DNA of 64,000 bases from Heterodontus francisci (lineage: Eukaryota): NCBI RefSeq assembly GCF_036365525.1, contig NC_090383.1, forward strand, positions 53,857,378-53,921,377. Reading direction: 5' to 3'. Positions 12,901 to 27,900 of the stretch are shown here, in pieces (the stretch's first letter is position 1; the number at the start of each line of letters is the position of its first letter). The position numbers and the translations under genes were made by a program. The notes under the pieces are model-generated. The model saw only the letters and a program-made list of their open reading frames with translations, was not told where the DNA came from and ran no database searches.

Positions 12901-15900
12901 AAAGACTTGACTTCCAGGTGGGTGGCAAGCAAGCATGAGGAGGTAAGAAGAAGCATGCAGCTGCTACTAGGAGTGTTTTGGGAGGGAGCTGGGAGCAGTC
13001 TGATCCCCACTCCGGGCGAGAGATGGAACCCATGGGAGCGTTCAATCCTTCAGGTGGGGAGTGTCTGATTCCTGATCCCAGGTGGATTTGATCCCCTACC
13101 TTGGATGTCTTTGTATGAGGGGGAGGGGACTGATGGTGGGGGTGCTGATCCAAGGAAAGAAAGTAAGCGTGGGGCAGGGGGAAGCATTCGTGCTCCTCCT
13201 GGCCTCAAGCAGTACTGCAAAACTTCTCTCCAAAGATGCCCTCACCTAACCATGAACTGTCTGAGTTTCCCAGACCTTGGGGAAACCTTTCAGCCAGGCT
13301 TTAATGGCTACCAGCCTCATTAAAATATTTAAATTACTCACCCACTCCCTGAGAGAAGGTTGGCAGCCCACTCCTTGTCCCATCTCCGTTAATCCCAAAA
13401 TGTGGGGGTTGGAGTCAGGTTTGAAATTTTTAATGTTTCAACAGCTTACTTGACTCAACCCCACCTGTTTTGGGGGGTTAAATTTCACCCCTAACACAAA
13501 GATATTAATACCTCAGTTAAAATACCAGACAGAGAGAAACACACTGCGTATCTATACACTGCTATCACACATCATCATTTTGAGGCACTAGAGAGCAGAA
13601 GTGATTCTTTACTTTTAAGGCATTTGCAGTTGGCGTTTCATCTTCAAATTTGCCTAATAAGGTAATGTGCTTTCTCTTTAACTTCCATCCCAGCAGATAA
13701 TACATGTACATGGTCTGAAAAGAAATATACAATATATCAATAAAGAATGCTAGCATACACAGGGCAGGCCAATTCATAGAATATTCCCCTACTGCTGCTG
13801 TAGTCATGCTATTCAACTCATGAAATGTTATATAACTGAGTCAGAGTGCACAAAGATGAATCTCATGCCTCGGATCCAGTTGATCATGGGCTCAGATCTC
13901 AAAATACGTCTCAAGCTCCTCTTTTGCTTTGAAGCTGAGTTTTTCCAGTTTCCAACCAAGTTACTAACAGAGTCCAGGAGCCAGAAATATCTGAATAGGC
14001 TTCAAATTTAGATCTCCAATACTTTTTGTGCACCAGACCTTGAGATTTCAAAAGAGACTTACTACTAATATGAACATTGAGAACCAAAGGCAGCTTTGAT
14101 CTCAAGTGTCAATAGGGAACCATTTGCAGACTACTAAATCTATTGTTGCCGCTCACCACTTGACTATTTTAAATTGGGCACAGATTATCTCTTCTGCATG
14201 CAGCTGCCCTGAACACCTTGAGCATCCCAAATTCCCAACAGCATGCCCAATCAACCTCCTGGAAATCAGAGCCACAGCTAAAGCACTCGGAGGGTGGAAT
14301 TCCGGAGCGGTAAGTATAAAAAAAACTTACCTCGGAGATTCTTGGAGTAGACTTGGAGGGCGGAGTTCCAGAGCGGTAAGTTACCTCGGGTGGGGAAAAT
14401 AAAACTGAAAAAGTGACGTCACAGGAAAGCTGTGACCTGATTGGCTGGTAGGGAATCTGTACCAAATTTGAAAATAAAACTGATAAAAAATGATTAAAAC
14501 ACTAATTAACTAATTAATAAGTAGAGTAGCTAAACCAGAGGGAGGAGATTACTGTATTTAGATAGCATTTAGTATTGTAGAAATCTAGCACTAGGGACCA
14601 CATAGTTAAGTGTATCATAATTTAGTAAGGATTTAATAAGTACATAATTATTTTATATTAATTAACTAATTAGTGCTAGAAATGACAGTTAGAGGGGTGA
14701 AGTGCTTCACCTGTGAGATGTGGGAGGTCCGTGACGCTTCCAGCGTTCCGGGCGACTCCATCTGCAGGAAGTGTACCCAATTGCAGCTCCTCACAGACCA
14801 CATGGATCGGTTGGAGCGGCAACTGAATGCACTTAGGAGCATGCAGGTGGCAGAAAGCGTCATAGACAGGAGTTTTAGAGAAGTGGTTACACCCAAGGTG
14901 CAGGCAGATAGATGGGTGACCACTAGAAGGGGCAGGCAGTCAGTGCAGGAATCCCCTGTGGCTATCCCCCTCTCTAACAAGTATACCGTTTTGGATACTG
15001 TTGGGGGGGATGGCCTATCAGGGGAAAACAACAGCAACAGCCAGAGCAGTGGCACCACGGCTGGCACTGTTGTTCAGCAGGGAGGGACAAAACGCAGAAG
15101 AGAAATAGTTATAAGGGACTCTATAGTCAGGGGCACAGATAGGTGCTTCTGTGGACGTGAAAGAGACTCCAGGATGGTATGTTGCCTCCCTGGTGCCAGG
15201 GTCAAGGATGTCTCTGAACGGACAGGGGCATTCTGAAGGGGAAGGGTGAACAGCCAGAGGTTGTGGTACACATCGGTACCAATGACATAGTCAGGAAGAG
15301 TGATGAGGTCCAGCAGGGGGAGTTTAGGGAGTTAGGTAGTAAGTTAAAAAACAGGACCTCTAGGGTTATACTCTCTGGATTACTCCCTGTGCCACGTGCC
15401 AGTGAGGCTAGAAATAGGAAGATAGTGCAGTTAAACACGTGGCTGAGCAGCTGGTGTAGAAGGGAGGGTTTCAGATATCTGGACCATTGGGCTCTCTTCA
15501 GGAACAGATGGGACCTGTACAAGAAGGACGGGTTGCATCTAAACTGGAAGGGCACTAATATCCTGGCTGCAAGGTTTGCTAGCGTCACTCGGGAGGGTTT
15601 AAACTAGTGTGGCAGGGGGGTGGGAACCAGAGCAGTAGGACAGCTAGTGAAATAAATGAGGAGGACATAGTAAATAAGGCCAGTAGGACTAAGAGGAAGA
15701 GCAGGCAGGGAGATGTTGCTGAGCACAGCGGGACTGGTGGTCTGAAGTGCATTTGTTTCAATGCAAGAAGTATAACAGGTAAGGCAGATGAACTTAGAGC
15801 TTGGATTAGTACTTGGAAATATGATGTTGTTGCCATTACAGAGACTTGGTTGAGGGAAGGGCAGGATTGGCAGCTAAATGTTCCAGGCTTTAGAAGCTTC

Positions 15901-18900
15901 AGGCGGTATAGAGGGGGATGTAAAAGGGGTGGGGGAGTTGCATTACTGGTTAAGGAGAATATCACAGCTGTACTGCGGGAGGACACCTCGGAGGGGTCAT
16001 GCAGCGAGGCAATATGGGTGGAGCTCAGGAATAGGAAGGGTGCAGTCACGATGTTGGGGGTTTACTACAGGCCTCCCAACAGCCAGCGGGAGGGAGAGGA
16101 ACAGATATGTAGACAGATTTTGGAAAGATGTAAAGGTAACAGGGTTGTGGTGGTGGATGATTTTAATTTCCCCAATATTGACTGGGACTCACTTAGTGCT
16201 AGGGGCTTGGATGGGGCAGAATTTGTGAGGAGCATCCAGGAGGGCTTCTTGAAACAGTATGTAGATAGTCCAACTAGGGATGGGGCCATTCTGGACCTGT
16301 TATTGGGGAATGAGCCTGGCCAGGTGGTCGAAGTTTCAGTGGGGGAACATTTCGGGAGCGGTGACCATAATTCCATAAGTTTTAAGGTACTTGTGGATAA
16401 GGATAAGAGTAGTCCTCGGGTGACGGTGCTAAATCGGGGGAAGGCTAATTATAACAATATTAGGCAGGAACTGAAGAATTTAGATTGGGGGTGGCTGTTT
16501 GAGGGTAAATCAACATCTGACATGTGGGAGTCTTTCAAACGTCAGTTGATTAGAATCCAGGACCAGCATGTTCCTGTGAGGAAGAAAGACAAGTTTGGCA
16601 AGTTTCGGGAAGCTTGGATAACGCGGGATATTGTGAGCCCAGTCAAAAAGAAAAAGGAAGCATTTGTAAGGGCTGGAAGGCTAGGAACAGATGAAGCACT
16701 TGAGGAATATAAAGACAGTAGGAAGGAACTTAAGCAAGGAGTTAGGAGGGCTAAAAGGGGTCATGAAAAGTCATTGGCAAGCAGGATTAAGGAAAATCCC
16801 AAGGCTTTTTATACATATATAAAGAGCAAGAGGGTAACCAGGGAAAGGGTTGGCCCACTCAAGGACAGAGATGGGAATCTATGTGTGGAGCCAGAGGAAA
16901 TGGGCGAGGTGCTAAATGAGTACTTTGCATCAGTATTCACCAAAGAGAAGGACTTGGTGGATGATGAGCCTAGGGAAGGGAGTGCAGATAGTCTCAGTCA
17001 TCTCATTATCAAAATGGAGGTGGTGTTGGGTGTCTTGCAAAGCATTAAGGGAGATAAGTCCCCAGGGCCTGATGGGATCTACCCTAGAATAGTGAGGGAG
17101 GCAAGGGACGAAATTGCTGGGGCCTTGACAGAAATCTTTGCATCCTCATTGGCTACAGGTGAGGTCCCAGAGGACTGGAGAATAGCCAATTTTGTGCCTT
17201 TGTTTAAGAAGGGTGGCAAGGATAATCCAGGAAATTATAGGCCGGTGAGCCTTACATCAGTGGTAGGGAAACTATTAGAGAGGATTATTTGGGACAGGAT
17301 TTACTCCCGTTTGGAAACAAACGAACTTATTAGCGAGAGACAGCATGGTTTTGTGAAGGGGAGGTCGTGTCTTACTAATTTGATTGAGTTTTTTGAGGAA
17401 GTGATGAAGATGATTGATGAAGGAAGGGCAGTGGATGTTATCTATATGGACTTTAGTAAAGCCTTTGACAAGGTCCCGCATGGCAGACTGGTACAAAAGG
17501 TGAAGTCACACGGGATCAGAGGTGAGCTGGCAAGATGGATACAGAACTGGCTCGGTCATCGAAGACAGAGGGTATCAGTGGATGGGTGTTTTTCTGAATG
17601 GAGGGATGTGACTAGTGGTGTTCTGCAGGGATCAGTGCTGGGACCTTTGCTGTTTGTAGTTTATATAAATGATTTGGGGGAAAATGTAGCTGGTCTGATT
17701 AATAAGTTTGCGGACGACACAAAGGTTGGTGGAGTTGCGGATAATGATGAGGATTGTCAGAGGATACAGCAGGATATAGATCGGTTGGAGACTTGGGCAG
17801 AGAAATGGCAGATGGAGTTTAATCCGGACAAATGTGAGGTAATGCATTTTGGAAGGTCTAATGCAGGTGGGAGGTATACAGTAAATGGCAGAACCCTTAG
17901 GAATATTGACAGGCAGAGAGATCTGGGCATACAGGTCCACAGGTCACTGAAAGTGGCAACGCAGGTGGATAAGGTAGTCAAGAAGGCATACAGCATGCTT
18001 GCCTTCAATCAGTCGGGGCATAGAGTATAAAAATTGGCAAGTCATGTTGCAGCTGTACAGAACCTTAGTTAGGCCACACTTAGAATATTGCGTGCAATTC
18101 TGGTCGCCACACTACCAGAAGGACGTGGAGGCTTTGGAGAGAGTAAAGAGGAGGTTTACCAGGATGTTGCCTTGTCTGGAGGGAATTAGCTATGAGGAGA
18201 GGTTGGAAAAACTCAGATTGTTTTCACTGGAATGACGGAGATGGAGGGGCGACATGATAGAGGTTTACAAAGTTATGAGCGGCATGGACAGAGTGGATAG
18301 TCAGAAGCTTTTTACTCGGTTGGAAGAGTCAGTTACTAGGGGACATAGGTTTAAGGTGCGAGGGGCAAAGTTTAGAGGGGATGTGCGAGGCAAGTTTTTT
18401 ACACAGAGGGTGGTGAGTGCCTGGAGCTTGCTGCCAGGGGAGGTGGTGGAAGCAGATACGATAGCGACATTTGAGAGACATCTTGACAAATATATGAATA
18501 GGATGGGAATAGAGGGATATGGGCCCCGGATGTGCAGAAGGTGTTAGTTTAGGCAGGCATCAAGATCGGCGCAGGCTTGGAGGGCCGAATGGCCTGTTCC
18601 TGTGCTGTACTGTTCTTTGTTAATTGGACACAGTTCTAAAAAAAATGACCAGAATAATAAAAGGATAATTGAGAAAAGAGCCAGAGGAGCGATAGGGTGA
18701 ATATTTTTTTATGCAGCATGTTGTTGTGTATGCATGGCCTGAACGGTTGATGGAAGCAGATTCAATAATAACTTTCAAAATGGAATTGCATGCTTGGAAA
18801 GGAAAATTTGCAAGGCTATGGGGAAAGAGCAAACAAGTGGAACGAATTCGATAGCTCTTTCAGATAGCTAACACAAGCACCATAGGCTAAATGGCCTCCT

Positions 18901-21900
18901 TCTGCGCTGTATGATTCCATGATTTTACATAAAGTCAGCTTTTATTGTAATAGCTCTGCAGCCTGCTTGAAGGCATTTACCATGATTTATCATGATATTG
19001 AAAATGGCAGTGTCCTCAGACAAATGGCCATTGAGAATGTATGGTGCAAATAAAGTTAGCATACCAAGTCAAACCTCATGCTTTTCAAGTTGGCAAAATT
19101 GGCTATTATTATTGAATCTTCAATGTTACAGTTGGAATCACTTGAGGATACCTAAACCTATCCAGATCTTACACTCTTTTATTGTTTACTCTTCAGTGGG
19201 CTATTATCCTGTAAATACAGTAGCTGAACAGCTACAAACTTAAACTGAACTGAATAAAAACACCGTCAACAATGTTATTTACCAGAAGGCTTATTGCCAG
19301 ATGATATCTTCTTACAGGTAGCAGCACACACCTAAATGAAAAGCTTACTATGCATTTTATTTACTTACAAAGTGACAGAAATTCAAAACTCCCATGAAAC
19401 TCACTACAAACTGTCATGGTATTGTACTAAGACTGTATAAAAGAGGAAGTGGTTTGTCAATATAATTATTAACAATGAGAATTACAGCTACTGCCCATTG
19501 TGGAAAAATATATTTTAGATTTGTTATGTTTATTTTTATGTCAGCCATATTTCAGTGAAGAACTTTCTTTGATGTCTCTGTTATCTTAGAAAATGGGTAT
19601 CATAAGTTCTGTAAGTTATTAAACTGCTTCAGGCTATATTTCCTGCACAAAGAAAAGTTTATCTTTTCCTACAGTAAAAAGATTCAGTAATGTAAATAGG
19701 AGGGGAGTGCAACACTTAAGAGGAATTGCTGAAAATAGAGACATGTTGTCAAAGCTTTTCGTCTTGCACTCTTCAGGGCAATGCGCAAGAATAACCAATG
19801 TAAATGTAATGTAATGTAATTTCCACTAACAGGATGCTGCCCTCAAGCCAAAAAGACGTCCTGCCTATCACACAAATGAGTCATGTGATAGATGAATTTC
19901 AACGCTGGTGTGATGCTAGGTATATAGGTCATAGGTCCCAAAGACTGGTGGATCGTATCAAACAATATGGCCCCTCCACTGTTCGCAATGGACAAGGTAC
20001 AGGCCGTACCCAACCAGCCCGTGCTTGCAAAACTCAAAACAGTGTCCAACATTAGATGTGATTCCGTGATTGGACAATATTTGCTAAATAATCCGCAATG
20101 TGCTAAGAATTACGCTTACAACCAATTTAAGATTGTCAGTAGGGCTCACCGTGTGGTACATTTGCGCGTATTAGAAGTTACATATATTAATACACAGGGC
20201 CCTGTTCTTTGCAGACAGAAAGAGCATGTACCTACATTACGCCTGTTTCAGCTGAACAAAATAAGTGACGGCCATTTGCTGGCTCATTCCGCAGGGCAAT
20301 GCCTTGACCAATCAGAGTCAAGCTGCCTGGTTTAAATTTCAAACAAAGCTTGGCAGTTAACTGTCAGTCACCATAAACTGATGTATTCGCCATGACAACG
20401 TCTCTACCAATCAGAGTTCACTTGCCAACCAATCAGCATTCTCTTCTCAAGCAGTATAATTTGTTGTTTTCCCTTACATTGGTTATTCTTGCATATTGTC
20501 CTGATGAGTGCAAGACAAAAAGCTTCGACAACATGTCTCTATTTTCAGCAATTCTCAAGTTCTGTACTACCAAACAACTACATGAGAGGAACCTAGTACA
20601 TAGTCTCAGAGCACCACGAAAAAGTCTGTTTTAAAGCACCAGACGATCATATATTTGACATTGTGCCGTATCAGTCTGCACACTTAGGAATGATTTCTGC
20701 TTCACATTTCTATTTGTATGGCCTACATTAATTTTATGCCGTGTTCATTATTTAAACGTACTTGAGACCATCTCTTCTTGTGTCGAATTTTCTGCTTGTC
20801 TTTCAAATGAACATACAGTGTGTTTCCATACGGAAGGGTGTAGCTAATTCTTCCACCATAAGGCGTCTCCATTATGGTTTGCTTTACCATGTCATCATCT
20901 TCCTGTTCATCCTCGGAAGTCTGTTTTTCACGTGAAAATATCCTGAATGATAAAAGGTTTAATTCCAAACATTTAACTGCAGGTCCCTTCTGGAAATTGG
21001 AATCCATCTTATTTTATTCCTCAGCAGTGTGACAGATACATGTTACATACTCTCATGGAACTGCAGCATACTTGTCGTTGCAACTGCATGTTCACACAAC
21101 TCCTAAAACTATTTCAATACTATTTCTTTTCCATTTCTGATTTCCTTTTTTACTTCCCTTCTGAACTTTCTATATTTAGTTGTATCACCAGTCTGACATC
21201 TGTCGGCATTGGGGCGGCACAGTGCGCAGTGGTTAGCACCGCAGCCTCACAGCTCCAAGGACCCAGGTTCGATTCTGGGTACTGCCTGTGCGGAGTTTGC
21301 AAAGTTCTCCCTGTAACCGTGTGGGTTTTCGCCGGGTGCTCCAGTTTCCTCCCACAGCCAAAGACTTGCAGGTTGATAGGTAAATTGGTCATTGTAAATT
21401 GCCCCGAGTGTAGGTAGGTGGTAGGGAATATGGGATTACTGTAGGGTTAGTATAAATGGGTGGTTGTTGGTCAGCACAGACTTGGTGGGCCAAAGGGCCT
21501 GTTTCAGTGCTGTATCTCTAAATAAATAAATAACAACCTCTTTTCTGCTTCATCTTATTCTCTACTCGCTACCTCTCTTGTTATCCAGGGAGCTCTGGCT
21601 TTAGTTGTCCTACTTTTCACCCTCCTTGAAATCTACTTTGTACGCAAACCATGTCCTCGTTAAAGACAGCCCACCGTTCTGTTACAGTTTTAGGAACATA
21701 GGAGCAGGAGTAGGCCATTCAGGCCCTCGAGCCTGCGCCACCATTCAATTAGATCATGGCTGATCATCTACTTCAATGCCATTTTCCTGTGCTGTCCCCC
21801 TATCCCTTGATGTCATTAGTATCCAGATATCTATTGATTTCTGTCTCGAACATGCTCAATGATTGAGCTTCCACAGCCTTCTGGGGTAGAGAATTCCAAA

Positions 21901-24900
21901 GATTCACATCCGCTGTGCAAAGAAATTCCTCCTCATTTCAGCCTTAAATGGCCTGTCCCTCATTCTGAGACTAAATCCCGTAGTTCTAGATTCAGAGCCA
22001 GGGGGAAACTTCCTATCTACATCCACCTTGTCGCACCCTGTAAGAAGTTTGTTAAGTTTCAATGAGATCACCTCTCATTCTTCAAAACTCTAGAGAATAC
22101 AGGCCCAGTTTCCTTAATCTCTCTTCATAAGACAATCCCACCATCCCAGGGATTAGTCTGGTGAACCTCTGTTACACTCCCTCTAAGGCAGGTACATCCT
22201 TCCTTAGATGAGGAAGCCAAAACTGTACACAATACTCCAGCCGCAGTCTCACCAAGGCTCTATACAATTGCAGCAAGACCTCTTTACTCCTGTACCCTTG
22301 CGATGAAGGCCAACATACCATTTGACTTCCTCATTGCTTGCTGCACCTGCATCCTAGCTTTTAGTGACTCATGAATAAGGATACCCAGGTTCCTTTGGAC
22401 ATCAGCACTTCCCAACCTCTCACCATTGAAGAAATACTCTGTCTTTCTGTTTTTTCTACCAAACTTGTTAATTTCACACTTAGCTGCCAATCATTGATTC
22501 CAATTTACCTGGAACAGATCTGTTCACACTCCACTGAAATTGGCCCTCCTCCAATTTAATATTTTAACTCTAGATTGCTCCTTGTCCTTTTCTATAGCTA
22601 ATTTAAACCTTATGATACTATGATCTAATGATACTACCATTCAGGTGCAACCTGTCCAGCCTACGTAGGTTCCATCTCTCCCTGAACCAATCCCAATGTT
22701 CCAGGAGTCTAAGTCCTGCCTTCCTGCACTGTCTCTCCATCCACGCATTCATCTGCTCTATGCTCCGATTACTATACTCAGTAGCACGTGGCACCAGGAG
22801 AAATTGGAGATTACTACCTTTGTGGTCCTACTTGCTAGTCCCTTTGAACACCTTCTGGAATGTTCCCCCTCCCACCAATAATACCACCTACTTAAACAAA
22901 AACAAAACTTCAAAATGAAATTGGCATCAGTCGTCACAAACAAACCAAAGAATAATATTTCTGTTTCATTAATCCTATTCTTTTAAAGTATTTAGTTTTT
23001 AAAAGCTGTAATGATAATGATGCTATCTTAAGTGGTTACTTCTGTAAGGGTAGGCAAGGCTCGTGGTTTGAATTTTATCATGCCATATTTAGCTGATTCA
23101 ATATTTAGTTGAAATGTTACTACAGTTAACAGCCATTATTATAAAATACTATCAGAAAGCAGAGAATAATGAAATTACAGGCAAACAATTTTTATGTGTT
23201 CTAGTATTTGAACAATTATTAATTTAAATGCTATATAAATTAAATGTATCCATTTTGTAATTTTGAACTATATTAGATGATAAAATTTGTAATTATAAGT
23301 TATGTTTTATGAATTTCTGCACACTTAGATAATAAACATCTTGCTTTGGTTCAGCCATTTCAGTACTTGAATGAAATCTCAGAAGCTAGTGCATAGTTTT
23401 AGGATTTTTGGTAATTTTTTTCAAACTGAAAGGATTCAAGTTATGTTTAAGTGTGTTTTAGAACAAAGTCAATTTTCACAGATTTAAAAACGGCTTGGGC
23501 CACAAGATTTGAAGGTGTGCATCAAAGCCAAAGGAGCCTATTTATGGAATGTCATAGCTCACTTTCTATTTGAAACTGACATAATGAGGGTCTATTGTCT
23601 CAGCCTTGGCCCATTAACCAGGATGGTCTCTTCCAATTTTGAGAATAGCAGAAGATATTTTCTTTAAACTTATAACCCAAGGGGAGGAGGGAGAAGTAGC
23701 CGATGATATTGAGAGGCTTACTGGTGAATTATTAAATGGAAAGGAACTTAGAGTAACTGGCCAGGACTAGAGGAAAAAGACAATTGGGACAGTTACACTG
23801 CAAATGGCAATTTTTAGATTGAAGTTGGAAGCTAAAATTCAGGTCAGCTTTTCCAGTTAGAAGTTGTTCAGAAAGAAAGGGATTCTAAAGACTGGTAAAT
23901 CAACCCACAAACATGATGGGGCTTTTTTCCCATTTTTCAAGGAAAGAATTGAGATTGATTGAAGTAAATGGAATTTGTTTTGACTGTTATCTTGTGTGTT
24001 CACTGTCTGTCTATAAAATTAAGCAGATTAATGATTCAGTAAACGTTTCAATCCACCTTCAGAAAGAGCAGTGAACTGTACATGCCCACTTGTGAAAGAC
24101 ACATTACCAGGTCAGAATGCTTGGAGGTCCAATTGCTACAACCTGGGGTAACTCTCCCATATTATTAGCTATTAAGCAATATGAGCACAAACCTGAACAA
24201 AGAACCCTCACCACATACTTAGGGTCACAAGTATCATTATACCCAAGAGAATATCTAAGGCAGTCCTGAAACTTGTAACAAGAATTTATATCTATTTTCT
24301 AAGCTCATTTTCTAACGTTAAGTGCAGATGGTAGTCAGTAGTTTGTTGATATTATGATGAGTTTTATATACAGGGACCATGAATTCATAATGAAGGCAAG
24401 ATAGATTCAGTACCTGTAAATTTTGTCTATCGTGCAAACAAGGCTCTTCACATATTCATTCACAACTCTTTCGTGCACATTGTTAACTGGACTGGTGAGA
24501 TGAAAAGCATCATCAAAATAAACGTGTACTTCAAAGTCAAAATTGTCTTTATGCGATTTTGAAGAGTTTGGTTTGTATTTGTCCAATCTGCAAAAAAAAA
24601 GGTAACATTGACTAAATGAACTTTAGAAATACCAAAGCTTTTACTTGTAGGTCTCGGCACAATTTCCCTCAGGCTTGCTCTCTCTGACTCCCCACTTTTA
24701 CATGTTGGTTTCCAGCACTATTTCCCTTCAGGCTCACTGGGCTTAATTTTCATCCTGAGATGGAGGCTGGACTGGAAGCGGGCGTGCTGGCAATTTCTCG
24801 CTACCAGGCAGCGTGCCAGTCTGCTGGCATATTCCCACCTCTGGCCTATTTCCAGAAGGCAGTTTCTAAGCGCCAGGGCAGAGGGAGTGTGGGGGTTGAT

Positions 24901-27900
24901 GGCTACCTGATCAGCAGACCAAGTCCAGTCTTCACACTGAGGATACCCCCAATCATGTTGTGCGGCACTTACCACTGTGCTAAATGCGATAGATTCAGAA
25001 CAGATCTAGTCGCTCAAAACTGGGCATCCATGAGGTGCTGTGGGTCATCAGCAGCAACAGAATAGTAGTAATGGTAATGGTGATCTGCCCAAGGGCAGGT
25101 CCTCTGCTCATTTTTCCAAGCCTCATGATCCTTCACTTTCCTCTTCAGTTGCTCCTCAGAGCCTCCCATTGTTTCACTTCCATGAGAAATGAGAAATATG
25201 ACTTGGGAAAATGTACATGAGGTGGTTTCCCATTGCCTTTCTCATGTGTACTTTAAAGGAAACACAAATGCTTTTCCCGAAGGATCCTCCACCTGTAAGC
25301 AGCCATTGTCCCTCGAGGATCTAGCTCTTCCACTATCACCACCTACAATTCTCTGGTTCTGCCATTGGCCGTGACTCATGACCCTGAACATGGGAATTGT
25401 ATTCAACCAGAATTTGTATTCTCATGGCCTGACATATTCCTCACTCTACCACTACCATCAAGCCAGGGGATCAACCGTGGTTCAAGTAGGAGTGCAGGAG
25501 AGCATGCCAGGAACAGCATCAGCATCAAAATATGAGGTGGTAACTTGGTGAAGCTACAGCACAGGACTACATGCATGCTAAACAGCAGAAGCAGCATATG
25601 ATACACAAAGGAATGCAATCCCACAACTAATGGATCAGATCAAAGCTCTGCAGTCCTGCAACATCCAGTCGTAAATGGTAGTAGACATTACAACCACTAA
25701 CCAGAGGAGGAGGCTCCACAAACATCCCCATACTCAACAACTTTGGAAAGTGTGAAAATAGATAAGTCCCCTGGGCCAGATGGGATTTATCCTAGGATTC
25801 TCTGGGAAGCCAGGGAGGAGATTGCAGAGCCTTTGACCTTGATCTTTATGTCGTCATTGTCGACAGGAATAGTGCCGGAAGACTGGAGGATAGCAAATGT
25901 TGTCCCCTTGTTCAAGAAGGGGAGTAGAGACAGCCCTGGTAATTATAGACCTGTGCGCCTTACTTCGGTTGTGGGTAAAATGTTGGAAAAGGTTATAAGA
26001 GATAGGATTTATAATCATCTTGAAAAGAATAAGTTCATTAGAGATAGTCAGCACGGTTTTGTGAAGTGTAGGTCGTGCCTCACAAACCTTATTGAGTTTT
26101 TTGAGAAGGTGACCAAACAGGTGGATGAGGGTAAAGCCATGGATGTGGTGTATATGGATTTCAGTAAGGCGTTTGATAAGGTTCCCCACGGTAGGCTATT
26201 GCAGAAAATACGGAAGTATGGGATTGAAGGTGATTTAGTGCTTTGGACCAGAAATTGGCTAGCTGAAAGAAGACAGAGGGTGATGGTTGATGGCAAATGT
26301 TCATCCTGGAGTTTAGTTACTAGTGGTGTACCGCAAGGATCTGTTTTGGGGCCACTGCTGTTTGTCATTTTTATAAATGACCTGGATGAGGGTGTAGAAG
26401 GGTGGGTTAGTAAATTTGCGGATGACACGAAGGTCGGTGGAGTTGTGGATAGTGCCGAAGGATGTTGTAGGTTACAGAGGGACATAGATAGGCTGCAGAG
26501 CTGGACTGAGAGATGGCAAATGGAGTTTAATGCGGAAAAGTGTGAGGTGATTCACTTTGGAAGGAGTAACAGGAATGCAGAGTACTGGGCTAATGGGAAG
26601 ATTCTTGGTAGTGTAGATGAGCAGAGAGATCTTGGTGTCCAGGTACATAAATCCCTGAAAGTTGCCACCCAGGTTAATAGGGCTGTTAAGAAGGCATATG
26701 GTGTGTTAGCTTTTATTAGTAGGGGGATCGAGTTTTGGAGCCACGAGGTCATGCTGCAGCTGTACAAAACTCTGGTGCGGCTGCACCTGGAGTATTGCAT
26801 GCAGTTCTGGTCACCGCATTATCGGAAGGATGTGGAAGCTTTGGAAAGGGGGCAGAGGAGATTTACTAGGACGTTGCCTGGTATGGAGGGAAGGTCTTAC
26901 GAGGAAAGGCTGAGGGACTTGAGGTTGTTTTCGTTGGAGAGAAGGAGGAGGAGAGGTGACTTAATAGAGACATATAAGATAATCAGAGGGTTAGATAGGG
27001 TGGATAGTGAGAGTCTTTTTCCTCGGATGGTGATGGCAAACACGAGGGGACATAGCTTTAAGTTGAGGGGTGATAGATATAGGACAGATGTCAGAGGTAG
27101 TTTCTTTACTCAGAGAGTAGTAGGGGCGTGGAACGCCCTGCCTGCAACAGTAGTAGACTCGCCAACTTTAAGGGCATTTAAGTGGTCATTGGATAGACAT
27201 ATGGATGAAAATGGAATAGTGTATGTAGGTCAGATGGTTTCACAGGTCGGCGCAACATCGAGGGCCGAAGGGCCTGTACTGCGCTGTAATGTTCTATGTT
27301 CTAATGGAGAAACCCAGCACCGTCAGTGCAAAAGACAAGGCTGAAGAATTTTCAACCATCTTCAGCCAGAATTGCCAAATGGATGATCCTTCTTGGGATA
27401 CCTGCTAAGATTCCTGGAATCACAGATGCCAGTCTTCAGCTAATTTGATTTACTTTGCATGATATCAAGAAATGGCTGAAGGCACTGAATACAGCCAAGG
27501 CTTTGGGCCCTGACAACATCAGAGTTGAAGTGTTGAATGTGTGCTCCAGAATTAGTCGTGTGCCTAGCCAAGCCATCCCAGTACAGCTACAGCACCCCAC
27601 AATGTGGAAAATTGCCCGTGTACATCCAATCTACAAAAAGCAAGACAAATCCAATCCGGCCAATTAGCGCTTTATCAGTCTACTTTCAATCGTCAGCAAA
27701 GTGATGGAAGGTGTCATGGACAGTGCTATCAAGCAGCACCTACTCAGCAATAACCTGATAACCGATGCTCAGTTCAGGTTCCGCCAGGGCCATTCATAGT
27801 CGTTTGGTAGTGGAGAACTTGAGTGTTCCTGAAAATAGAAACATATTGTTAAATCTTTTCATCTTGCACTCATCAGGACAATCCGCAAGAATATCAATGT

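Larger units (their letters stand above)
14280..18621 (+). mobile_element. Near full-length CR1 LINE (family 2, HER1-like)
   Basis: 5' UTR, then ORF1 (zinc finger, coiled coil, SGNH esterase), then ORF2 (APE endonuclease and RT), then the 3' tail ggccgaatggcctgttcctgtgctgtactgttct. Confidence 0.93.
19726..20584 (+). mobile_element. Penelope-like element (GIY-YIG remnant, inverted pseudo-LTR)
   Basis: SHVIDEFQRWCDARYIGHRSQRLVDRIKQ is GIY-YIG-like. 19723-19803 is an inverted copy of 20474-20554. Flanked by a duplicated agaggaa. Confidence 0.8.

Noticed and set aside
21211-21285. tRNA gene
   Set aside because: It is a tRNA-like SINE head followed by a SINE body and LINE tail, repeated at 50525 and 43214.
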